NCBI RefSeq assembly: GCF_002105155.1
Contig: NW_019029014.1
Coordinates: 310,001 to 374,000 of the forward strand
Reading direction: 5' to 3'
Source of the DNA: Lobosporangium transversale
Taxonomy: Eukaryota
Length of the DNA stretch: 64,000 bases
In this document: positions 1 to 11,184 of the stretch, in pieces
Position numbering within the stretch: the stretch's first letter is position 1
How the letters are laid out: each line of letters opens with the position of its first letter
The notes under the pieces: model-generated
The model's input: the letters and a program-made list of their open reading frames with translations, nothing else
What the model was told of the DNA's origin: nothing
Databases searched by the model: none
Translations under genes and position numbers: made by a program

Positions 1-2370
1 TTCCTGTAGCAAGTTATCAATCTTTGGCACAAACTCCTTGATTTGCTCATCTGTCACCGCATTAGAATCGTCCTTACGCATGATATTGCGTTCGAGTGGA
101 GACAGCTTGTCCACGAGGAGATTCAATATAGTATTGTATGTCCACACATCTGGCTCTACGCTCTCATCCATCATCCGTTTATATAAATCCATTGCCCCTC
201 GAAGGTTTCTAGAGTTCTTGGCATAGTCAAGCATAATGTTGAAGGTTGTCTTCGAAGAGCGAATTCCGTGGCTGTTCATGAGTTGTATCATCTCCTCTAC
301 TTTTTCAAAGTCTTTCTGCGCTAGATAGGCTCGAAGAAGCGGATTAATACTCCCATCAACCAACGGAAGCTTCTCTGCGATGATTCTATTCAAAACCCTG
401 CGTGCCTTCTCTACCTGGCCCTGTCGCGCGTATTGGTTCAAAAATACATTATAGATAGGGGCGGTCACATGCGCTTTAGTGGTCTCTGTCAACTCCCGCA
501 AGACCCTGAGTGCATCAGGCATCCTGCCATGGCTCGCCAACGCAAGAATTAGCACTCGGTAATCCTCTGATCTTGGATGTAAATTCTCCTGTGGACTTTC
601 TTTGAGCTTGTGAAATAAACCTATAACCTGGTCAAGTTGCCCCTGACGTAAATAGCTCTTCATGAGGATGCGATACGTTTTGGAATTAGGCACCAGGCCA
701 TACTCGCCGAGGCCTTTGTAAAATCCGTTGACAAGCTCAATCTCGCCCAAATTGAGATATCCGGACATGAGTAGGTTGAATGTATAAATGTTGGGTCGAA
801 TATCCGTAAGCAAAAGGCTTTCCAACACTCGTTGAGCTGCTCGGCCGTCCTTGTTCACCAGATGGCCACGGATTAGAATGTTGTACGTCGTCAATTGTGG
901 GTAATAGCCATAGTCTTGCATCTCTCGGACGAGCTTCATAGCTGAAGCGATGTCCTTACACTTCATATAAGCCTCTATTGCCGTATCATATGCCTTGACG
1001 GTAGGCCGTAAAAGGCCTGATCGGTTAGTTTTGAGTTCCTGCAAACATGTAAGCAATGCATCGATCTGACTCGCATCTGCTAGAACCCTCATCAGATCGT
1101 GATATTGCTCCTGAGGACCTTCTCGGATTGAGGGCGAAGACGAATTTGATATGATGATCTTCGATTTGATCCGCTCGATCCATGTAGGTATTTGTTCCCT
1201 CATCTTCCAGCAATTTAGTGTATCCAGGAACAAGCTATAAACCTTATGGTTTGACTTTGGCGTTTTGATCGCATGGTGGAAATCCTCAAAAATAAGCTCC
1301 AATTTCATCAATCCACTTGAAACTGACTCACATGATCCCGATGAAAATGGTGATAATTTGAGGGCTCCAATAAGTCTAATAAAGTCCTCTCGTCCTAAGG
1401 CTGTATTGCCAAGATTCCGATCAGGTGTTGTTAATTCCATGCGCCATTGCTTAGCAGTCTGTTCATATAATGGCCACCAAATACTAATCGGATCACGCTG
1501 GTAAAGGGACTTCCGCAGAGACTCCTCTAATTCTGATCCTGGCGCCATCAAACTATTCCTCCAGGGGGCCTCAGACTGTTTAATCGTGGATAGGTTCAGC
1601 AAAGAGGGCTCTGCAAAGGATTCGGGAATACTTGGGAATAAAGTTTGAAAGTCGGTCGTGGATGATTCCTTTAATGCGGTCGAGAGGTCCAAAATGGGCG
1701 TTGACGCTCCCAATGGCGACGACGAGTTTGCTGGGAATGCAGAAGCAGATGTTGCAGGTGTTGCAGATGTAGATGCTGTAAAGGGTAACGCCGAAAGCTC
1801 CGCTTCTACATTGGATGTCATTGAGGCTGTAGTTGAAGATGAAAGAAAGCGTGAACTTACAGATACGGTAAGCCTAGCCCCAGAAGGCGCAGGAAAAACA
1901 AGCATGGGGCGTACTAGACTACTGAGCTGCGGGTGGGGCTGGTGGTGGAGAGCTTCGGGTCGCGTCCGTGATGGTCCCTTGTTATAAACAATGGTGTTGC
2001 AATGGAAGTTGACATTGTCCCCGGTGGAATATGTAGAGATATTCTGTCTTCTTAAACGAAGCAAACGATGAAAGGGTACTGCCTTTAATTGGCGTTGCTG
2101 ATACTGAAGGAATTGAGGGTATGTATCGATGCCAAAGATCCGGAGACATGTTTCAAGCCTTTGCTGCTGCTCTAGCACCAACTGAGATTGTACCCGCGTT
2201 CCTGTAAAGGGTCTGGCTCCAATATGGGTATTTGGGTTGATGGTTATTGTCGACCTTGCCCTGGCGGAAGGAGGGAGTGCTATCAATTGCTGGAAGTCGC
2301 AAAAAAGGCACGAGGAAGACGAGGAAGACGAGGACGACGTGGCCCAGATCTGCCTTGTCGCCTTGTGCAT
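1..2370 (-). CDS. Pentatricopeptide-repeat (PPR) protein, probably mitochondrial; 3' end runs off the window
   Basis: The minus frame from ATG 2370 (MHKATRQIW...) is in frame with PPR-like repeats such as 'YKRMMDESVEPDVWTYNTILNLL', 'IRPNIYTFNLLMSGY' and 'YPQLTTYNILIRGH'. It is absent from the ORF track because no stop lies in the window. Not every codon was checked. Confidence 0.85.
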   Translation of the reverse strand, partial: MHKATRQIWATSSSSSSSSSCLFCDFQQLIALPPSARARSTITINPNTHIGARPFTGTRVQSQLVLEQQQRLETCLRIFGIDTYPQFLQYQQRQLKAVPFHRLLRLRRQNISTYSTGDNVNFHCNTIVYNKGPSRTRPEALHHQPHPQLSSLVRPMLVFPAPSGARLTVSVSSRFLSSSTTASMTSNVEAELSALPFTASTSATPATSASAFPANSSSPLGASTPILDLSTALKESSTTDFQTLFPSIPESFAEPSLLNLSTIKQSEAPWRNSLMAPGSELEESLRKSLYQRDPISIWWPLYEQTAKQWRMELTTPDRNLGNTALGREDFIRLIGALKLSPFSSGSCESVSSGLMKLELIFEDFHHAIKTPKSNHKVYSLFLDTLNCWKMREQIPTWIERIKSKIIISNSSSPSIREGPQEQYHDLMRVLADASQIDALLTCLQELKTNRSGLLRPTVKAYDTAIEAYMKCKDIASAMKLVREMQDYGYYPQLTTYNILIRGHLVNKDGRAAQRVLESLLLTDIRPNIYTFNLLMSGYLNLGEIELVNGFYKGLGEYGLVPNSKTYRILMKSYLRQGQLDQVIGLFHKLKESPQENLHPRSEDYRVLILALASHGRMPDALRVLRELTETTKAHVTAPIYNVFLNQYARQGQVEKARRVLNRIIAEKLPLVDGSINPLLRAYLAQKDFEKVEEMIQLMNSHGIRSSKTTFNIMLDYAKNSRNLRGAMDLYKRMMDESVEPDVWTYNTILNLLVDKLSPLERNIMRKDDSNAVTDEQIKEFVPKIDNLLQE

Positions 2371-3043
2371 CCTAAGTCCAGATCTACGTTCGGCACACGT
2401 CTATTACAGCTACAAAGGGATCATGCACAACCAATGCGGCGTTGTTCAGTAAATCTCATACTAAAGGTCGAACAGCAAGTAGGTGCGAGTTCTCATGGTA
2501 ATCAATTGGCCGTACTTTGTGCGCCCCTTGCTAAATGAAAATCGTCTGATCAACTACGACAAAGAAAAAATGTAGGCAATGAATGTAAAATCAGCTGCAA
2601 TTGAGATGGTTGTTTTGAGCGTGAGGCTTCTACGTCAAGCTAACGTACAAAAGGGCGAAGGGAAGGGTAGAAAGAGGCAAAAGAATGATGATAGTGAAGC
2701 CTGAAAAGTGCTGGAGGAGCGTTGCAATATTGCCACTGGTTCTTTCTCCGTTCTTTATTTTGGTGGCTGGCGCTCTCCGTTTTGTGTATCGATTTAGACA
2801 TCCGTTGTACGACTGTTTCAAGGTTGTACATTGAGATTTGGACTATCCAACATATTCACATGTACTATTCCACAACCTCTTTTCGTAAAATATCATCTCA
2901 ATATTCATATTAAAAGAAAGTGAAATATAATTATGCTCTGTTTACTTGTTGATCTATTGTCCCGATGCAGTGGCGTCTAAGAGACATCGGATATTTCACT
3001 CGCTTCTCTAAGTGCTTCTAGAAAAAAACAAATGAAACGCGAG

Positions 3044-3086
<43 letters not shown>

Positions 3087-3193
3087 GTATGAGGGGATAG
3101 AGAAAAGATTGTCTTTGAAGCCTTTTATGGGAAGATGTTCTCTTACTTTATTGCTTTTTTTTTTGTAAGCATTATCTATTCTCTCTACTTTTC

Positions 3194-6100
3194 CTACTTC
3201 TCTATCATTGACAAAGACAGGATCCGAGCCAATTGTGTATCTTCATCTTCAATCTCCCCTTGTGATGCGCCATGGACATACTGTTTGATGACTGTGGGCT
3301 GTCGATGCTGCGTGCTCGTCTGCCCACTTGCTAAATCAGACATCAGTGAGTCGGTATTGGTACGCGCCACCATTGACCATGTCATCTTCTTAGTTGTCGC
3401 TTCTGCCTGCCTATCATTCTCATTTGTAGGATTTGAACCGTTTGTCAAAGGGGATGCGGGAGAGAGGATTTGCGGTAAAGCCTGACTGATCGTTGGCCAG
3501 GTATCAGCAGCAATACCTTTACCTTTCACGCCCTCATTAGTTTCTTGTTCTAGTTCTTGCAGAACCGACTGTACAATCCGTTGATCTTCTTGATTCACAT
3601 ACTCGTCCTCATTTAGGCTATCTACGTCAACAACATGGCTGGATTCCCATGGTATTGGGCAGTACGAGTGATCATGAAGCTGTTCAGAGGACACTCCTCC
3701 TTCTTTCTGAACATGCTCACCACCGTGAGGATAATCAGGGTTAAAAGGAGGCTGGGTATCCAGCATACTGAGCTCAATTGCTCTCCTGACTAACTCTTCT
3801 TCTTCTTCCAGCTCCTGTGCTGTAGGTGGCTCATCTGGCGCCCATGCATTGTCTGAAGAAAAAGTCGATGATGACGAACCCTCACCGCCCTTAGCCAAGC
3901 CCATTTGGGCTTGATTCTCTTGCTCAAGCTGCCTCTCTATCTCTTGTATCTGCTGCATCTCAAACGCTAACTGGGCAGCTTCCTGATCGTCCTCATCCTT
4001 GGAGAGCAACATCACATACTCGACAACTTCTTCGTCTGTCATATCGACCATATTTAACCCCTCCAAATTGTTATACCGCTTATGAAGCTGCTCGCGACGT
4101 TCCTTAGCTTGAGCTTCTAGCCGCTTTAACGAAACTGTTTCTTCGAGGCTATGGCGGATATCATTATGAATCTTATTTTTAGGCCCTGCGCTGTAGTGAA
4201 TTGGCCTCTTTGCCAGGCTCTTCTGGTATTTGTCTATCCATGAGATTAGATACTTCAAGTTAACAAATGAATATGGAACCTTGATATACATAATCCGTAA
4301 AATAATGGATACCTTTGATCTGGGTTGCTTCTGGCGAAAAGTCCCAGCTCTTGATCAAGCGGCCAACAGACATTATTCCACGACATTGAAGACCATTGAC
4401 AGCAATACATTTGACTCCAGTGGTTGCCATATCGTTGGGATCATGTCCAGCAACATACCTATGCATCAAAGTATTCAACATGTATTGTCAGAACATTGCT
4501 AACGTTTCAATTTATATCATGACCCATAAAAGCGTATTATAATTTCCTTTACCCGGTATTGAGGACTGCGATCAATTGCCCATTCACGGGGTTCCATGCC
4601 TTTGCCCACCCGTCCAGTCTGTAGAATTTGAAAAGCAAGCGGATGTATTAGAGGTGTCAGGTCTGTAATCCCAAAACAAATAAATCGATAGTGTCTAGCT
4701 TGGAATCATGGCCTTACCCTCCAGAGACAATAACTAGTCCGTCTACAAAAAGACTGGTCACTTTTGATTGATGACCTTTCAACACGCAGGTTGGCTCCCA
4801 GGTTAATGGTCCATGTTGCCCCTGACTCAGGTGGAGATCCAGCCGCTTTTCATGAAATTTCCAGCGCTTCAAAACATCACTCAAGTACCATAAACAAATA
4901 TTGCCAGCTTGGTCTCCAGAAACCAAAAGGCTGGGTATTTCATTCCGTCCGTGTATGCGAGCCAGAGACGTAATCATAGGCCTCTCTTCCTTTGTAATGT
5001 CCCAGTAGATCGCACTGATGGCAGTAAAGTGTGCCGGGCTTTTCAATATTGCCAAGTGGGCGAGTGTTTCGAGGTCATAGAGGTGCATAACCTTCGAGTC
5101 CATAGCTTGAGCTAAAATCAACCCTCCATGATTCATCCCAAAATCAACCTCGAGATATCTCACACCTTTAAATTGCTCTGGAAGTTTTATCACCTTGGGT
5201 AACGTAGCTGATATAACTGGATTACTGGTGGTAACCGTACTATGGTTGGCGGTATTTGAGGTAGCAGACTGTGCTGGAGAAGTAGCCCCTGAAGCGGACG
5301 CGGACACTTGCGTTACAATTGCATGAATGTCAACTTCCCAAACGAAAATTTCGCCTCCAGATGTTCCTGCAATGATACGTGAACTTGGCTCACAACAAAT
5401 GTGATCAATCGTTTTCCTCTCATTTTCTGCCAGATTAAATCCTGTACTAAACTCTCGGACACATCGTGCTTTGGATACATCCCAGAGCTTGACAATACCA
5501 TCAATTCCTCCAGTAAGAACAAATCCAAAAGAGTTGGGAATCAGTTTAGTACAGCTAACTTTTCCTGTATGAAAGCCTGCGAATGTTTGAAACGTTTGCC
5601 CTGCTGCCGCATATGATAAAGTGGTCAAAGAGACCTGTCCAGTAGAGAGTCCCCATAGCACTCGATGACTATTCCAGAGAAAAAAGCTCGTAACACTCAG
5701 CTATAGTGCTATATAGGTGATCTAATAACATAAACCAGTCTTACAAAGCGAAATTTCAAACTTACCGATCCATAGTCATGGCCGAGACAATGGCGTGGAG
5801 ATGGTGGGCCATACGAAATACGGCATCCTTCTGTACCTTCCCCAACGAAGGGCTGCATCTAGCCACAACACCTGACAAATAGTTGAGCGAAAGGTAATCA
5901 TGAACATCACATCATTAATTCTTGCTTTCAGCCATTCATTATAGACACGAGTACTAATATCTCCTATCCTCTATTCCCACACCTTCATTTACGCTGCCAG
6001 CAAGAAACCAGTCCGTGTTCGAACGACTGTTGACTTCGGACCATAGGGAAGAAACTTGGCCGATCTTTGGATTAATCCAAATATTTGCTCCGCGTCCTTT

Positions 6101-7171
6101 CTCCCACCGTCTCAAGAGCCTTGTGCGCTTGATGTATTCTCCACGCCAACTCTTAGGGTCTAGACGCTTAAATGGAATGGATGCGCCAAAGAACTTCATA
6201 AATGCCGCTTTCCAGCATGAATCTGCATTAACAACATGATAGAGCAATCGACAGACTAAAGATACATTGAGCTAGATATAAATAAAGCAACAAAGTCTTG
6301 GTCATTAACCCAACCGAAATAAATCAAATAAAAATAACGAATGATAAACTAAATAATGGAGATACAACATGATAGTTACCAAATCACTTGGCTCCAAATG
6401 CGAAACAACATGACTAAGTATTTCGATTGGTAGAGTGCAGATCAGGTTTTCTCTATTTGTATCCCGAGGAGAATACCATATAAAATAATGCCAGCCGTAT
6501 TAGCAAGCCAAAAAAAAGTCATGTAGGATAGATCTATCAATTTTTTCTTACCCTGAGCCATTTGCTGCTGCCGCCTTTTCTGCCAGTCGCTTTTCTCGAG
6601 CTGCCTGTCTAGCCTCCCATGTCAAGTTTGAATAGGAATGAACGATTGACGAAGCTAATGCAGGACGATATGAGCCTGGTCTTCTTAATCTCTCTATTGC
6701 TGCATCAGCTCCTGATCCTGATCCTGATCCAGTTGCAGAAAATGTAGAATCAGGTCTGCTGCTGGCATTGTTTGTTTGAACCATTGCAGCTTTCTGTCGA
6801 CGTTCTCTTCGTTTTCGGGAACCCGGCTTTTGAAATATATAGGAATTCATGAACCCACTGCTCTGTCGGTTATTGACAGAGGCTTGACGCTCCCATTCGA
6901 GCCATGACTCCTCGATACGCATCTTTTCATCATGAAAATACGCAAGGTCATCCTGTGGGTCATAGTAATCCTGTTCATCTAGGTCCTCCTCCTCTTCAAT
7001 CTCCTCATTGAGATCCTCCATTTCTTCATAATTTTGGCTGAATGCCTCTTGTTCATGGTCATTAAGAGAACTTTGCTGCGGTGAGCTTGCACTATTATTT
7101 AGGGTACTGTTGCTGCCACTTGCACTTATGTATTGTACATGAGCCTCCGGAAAGTTGTCAGGATTCGACAT
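3194..7171 (-). CDS. F-box/WD40-repeat protein with C-terminal ubiquitin-interacting motifs (Pof10-like), multi-exon
   Basis: F-box-like 'LICTLPIEILSHVVSHLEPSDL' near 6380-6450. WD repeats 'FHTGKVSCTKL...LTGGIDGIVKLWD' and 'LKGHQSKVTSL'. UIM-like 'EEEELVRRAIELSML' and 'EDTQLARILSLSMIEK'. The ORF pieces 6548-7216, 5954-6247, 4714-5661 and 3194-4291 are joined by GT-AG introns. Confidence 0.82.
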
Positions 7172-7685
7172 AATGTTGATTCTGTAATGAAGCTGAAAGT
7201 GTAACAAAATGGACAAGGATTTCTTACACTTTTTTTTTTAATATGTTCCATGCGTCAAACTTTATTTCGTTGCTGCGTATTACAAAAAACCTTATCAAGC
7301 CACGGATCCTGCGGATCAACGACTGCGGCTGGTCATTCTTTAAGACATTAGTTGGCTACAAATTAAGGTCATGAAGGATACCATGATGAGGATAGCGCCA
7401 TGCTAGAGCTCACGGCACTATGAAAGTCCATTCAATCACAAAAAAAATGTCTTTCTGTGTAGCAACACTTCCATGATCAATCGCGTTTCGCAAATAGAAC
7501 TGGCAATTCAACTCCTCCTTTGATAAAATCATTCAAGTTGGCCAATTAACCAGTTTTTATATATTTGTCATATCAATCCTATGCAAATGAGATTTATAAA
7601 AATGCTCAAGTAATTACGTTGATGGGTGAGATCAAGCTGTTTATTTTGAAAGATCAAGAGTTGGCTTGTGCAATAGATGGTGCAT

Positions 7686-8121
7686 TTAGTCGAAGAGACC
7701 GAAGCCCATGTCATCATCAGACTCCTCCTTGGCCTCCTCCTTCTTCTCCTCCTTCTTCTCCTCAGCAGCAGCAGCAGCACCACCGGCAGCGGCGGGGGCG
7801 GCAGCAGCACCACCAGCAGGGACGGAAGCGAGCTTGGAGGTACCCTCAGCAATGAGCTAAAAAGCCAGCGTCACAAGAAATCGCAATTAATAAATATTTA
7901 TTTATTGGAAGCAAAAAATTATCGCTACAGGCTTCAACAGTGGACATGCACATAAAACATACCTCGTTGATATCCTTGCCAGAGAGCTGGGAGATCAAGG
8001 AATCAATACGCTCAGACTCGGACTCGATACCGACGGTGGAAAGGAGGGAGGTGATGTCCTTGGCAGAGGGAGAGGTGTTGCCACCGATGGCGAGCAAGAG
8101 GTAAGCAGCAAGATACTTCAT
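7686..8121 (-). CDS. RPP2: 60S acidic ribosomal protein P2 (exons 7963-8121 and 7686-7856)
   Basis: N-terminus [10 protein letters not shown]...SPSAKDI, an Ala-rich hinge and the canonical C-terminus [14 protein letters not shown]. One GT-AG intron at 7857-7962. Confidence 0.97.
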
Positions 8122-8999
8122 GGTTCTACTCGCGTGTCACAAATGCAAGAGAGTGTTGTAAAGTTGAACGAATTAGGATCCGTAAATTTAAAAAAATCAA
8201 CAAAAAAAAAAAAAAAAAAAAAACGATTTCACAGGTGGTTTTAAAAAGGCGAAAAGATCCTGCGCCATCCTCGTTTATTGACGTGCTCCAGTGCTGAACA
8301 AAAGGACTACGGCAGTCTAAACTGACCCCATACGTTGACTATAACATCTCTGGTTGTTTGATCACCACGTCGCAGGTACAAAAATTATGCACATTGGAGG
8401 CGATGGATCTTCACAAGCGTTTGAATAATGATTGGAAACGTCGTAGGATAATCAGGAACCATCATCTCAACACTTTACTTGCCAAACTTTGATTGAATAC
8501 AGAAATGTAGTGTTAAGATATCCACCCTATCTTTGGTTGATTACTGATGACGATGGTAGCAAAATGGTGGATGCAAGTGCGAGTGTTGAGTGCGCTGATT
8601 ACTGTGCATTGAGGAAACGATCAGATTGATATGTATCGAGTTAATCGATGGATGGACTGATAGTAATATCCTGGATGGATGGATTGATCCCGTCTAGACC
8701 ACATAATCTCCATTTGTAATAGCCAGCAGCAATTAGTCCTTACAAGAATCTGTAGATTGCAAGAGGAGGAACAGCACTAGGCTGCAAAGGCACAAAGTTA
8801 TTTAAACTAAAATTCGCCCGTCACATTAATTTTTAGAACTCTCGCTCATTACAAGCACCCGACATGGCAACCTCAACATAGCAACTATATACAACATCGC
8901 TCATTCTCTTGTCATTTCGCATACTCAAGATACCTTTGCAGACACTTTACATATCTTTAGCAACCACTCTTAGTTGAATAAGAAATAATAAAGCTATAA

Positions 9000-10160
9000 A
9001 TGGCTTCATTTTACAGAGTTCCACTTTTGCGCCAAACCAGACACTTGGTTACCAAGTCAGTGCACAACACAGCACCTATCACACATGTATCCAGATTATT
9101 TACTTCTTCGAAATACACTACAGCATCTTCCCACCCCTCAAATGAAACCAATAGTGCTAATGATATCGACCCCGCCGCTACAGCTTCTTCAGTGCCTCCA
9201 CTTCGCCTCTCTAAAGAGCAACGTGCTTTGCTTGAAGAAATGATTCGGATCGATCAAGCAGGAGAACTGGGCGCCAACTGGATTTATCGCGGTCAGTATG
9301 CAGTCCTTGGCTCTGACAAAAAAGTTGGGCCTTTGCTTCAGGTTAGGGGCAGTAAGATATAAAAATGAAAGTATACGTAGCTTTGACTATGTCTTAAACA
9401 TAAGAATCTTACATTTCTTTTGTTGTCATCATTGATATTTTAGCATATGTGGGATCAAGAGAAGCACCATTTGAAGGTTTTTGATGGGATCGTCAGCCAA
9501 TACCGTGTCCGTCCTACCGCACTAAGGCCCGTCTGGGAAATGGCTGGATTTATTCTAGGTGCTGGTACTGCCCTCATGGGCAAGGAAGCTGCCATGGCTT
9601 GTACTGAAGCAGTGGAGACTGTCATTGGTGGACACTACAACGAGTAAGGGATTGTACTTATACAAAGCAAGCGAGGAGACACGATAAATATCAAAGCACA
9701 TCATTAAATATAGAAGGACCACTAACCCACTTGCACTCTTTGTATTAGTCAATTGAGAGAACTCCTCAAGATCGATCACCCTGATATTGCTGAGCTGCGC
9801 AAGGTAATGCAGAAGAGATCCGGATACGCCATTTATAGTCGTCCCGGCGAAATGACCGTGCACAAGAATGATAATAATCGCTAACTGCTTGCTTGCCTTT
9901 TCCTCGATACAGATCGTACAGCAGTTCCGCGACGATGAATTGGAGCATCTGGAGACGGCAATCGAACATGATGCTCAAATGGTATGGACAAAACCATGTG
10001 ATAAGTTTGATGAATCATAATTTTAATAGTCAAAATCCTGATCTGACAATTTTACTCTCTTCATTTCTTTCTAATCGTGTAGGCACCTCAACACGAGATT
10101 CTCAGCAATGCCATCAAACAAGGTTGCAAGGCTGCCATCTGGATATCTGGCAAGATTTAA
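9000..10160 (+). CDS. COQ7: 5-demethoxyubiquinone hydroxylase Coq7/Cat5 (about 5 exons)
   Basis: Di-iron motifs '[19 protein letters not shown]', 'MWDQEKHHL', '[17 protein letters not shown]' and 'FRDDELEH', with an N-terminal mitochondrial-type presequence. Stop TAA at 10158-10160. Confidence 0.95.
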
Positions 10161-11184
10161 ATCTGTTAACTAGATACTGCCATTAATCAATTACTTTTAC
10201 AATACAAAATGCGTTTATCTGTTGCAAAGAAATAACTTAAAGCATCTTGCAACAATAAAAGAGCTGTTCAAAGCGATCAACAAAATAGCACTACCTTTTT
10301 TTTTGTTGTTGTTATTGTGGATGACGTGAATACACATGCACAGTAAATCGACAGCGCATAAAGAGTAGACTACTCAGTTTTCACACTCTTGGCACCATAT
10401 TGAAGACCGTATTTACGATGATTGCTTTAATGACTATCTCAAGTTCTTGGAACATCATATGACAAACTTACTGCGAAGCATCATCTAATTACTTTTAAAG
10501 GGGCTGGTAAGCCTGACCTAGTGACTAAAGCTTTCCCCTCTGTAGCGGAGGGTCTGGATCCCAACCCGGAAAGTCTATTTTCTCTTGGATCAAGGCAGGA
10601 GGCAGAGAGGTACAGCCCCCGACCTTGCATCGACAAAATGTAATCGTCCCACAGTACCACAGATTAGAGGAGAGTCCTTGGAAGATAGAAGGAATTGTTT
10701 ATGCGATGCACAACCATTATCAAATAAACTCTTAAAAAAAAATTGCTAACCGCATCAAGAGATATCCTTGATCCTAGGATATTGCGGCAGTTCATGATGC
10801 GTAATTCTAGCTTGAAGATTGGCCAAAACAACCCAATCCTTTTCTTCCAAGATAAGTAGGAAGTGCCAGTTCACTAGCCAAAGGTCGTCAGCGTGCCAGT
10901 AGTCTTTGAGCACGTCTAAATTGAATAGAGATATCATTTTAAAAAAACAAATTAGAGAAGACTCTCCTTTTTCTAATCTGTGATGTCAATGTCAGTGTAT
11001 AAGAGCTTATAATATTCAAATAAATAAATATGAACAAACAGGTCATCAGCCTGATTGATAAGGATCCAACCAACGCAGATGCTTCAGAATGGGGGCGACA
11101 GATACAGCACATCTTGTAACACCATTAATTTAAGTGACAGTTTTTTTTTTCTTTTTCTTTTCTTTTTATTTTTTTCTAACTAAT

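Noticed and set aside
1658..2538. Plus-strand ORFs at the window start
   Set aside because: They are antisense shadows of the PPR gene.
8127..8743. Intronic C/D box snoRNA in RPP2
   Set aside because: No RTGATGA box C paired with a CTGA box D was found on the sense strand.
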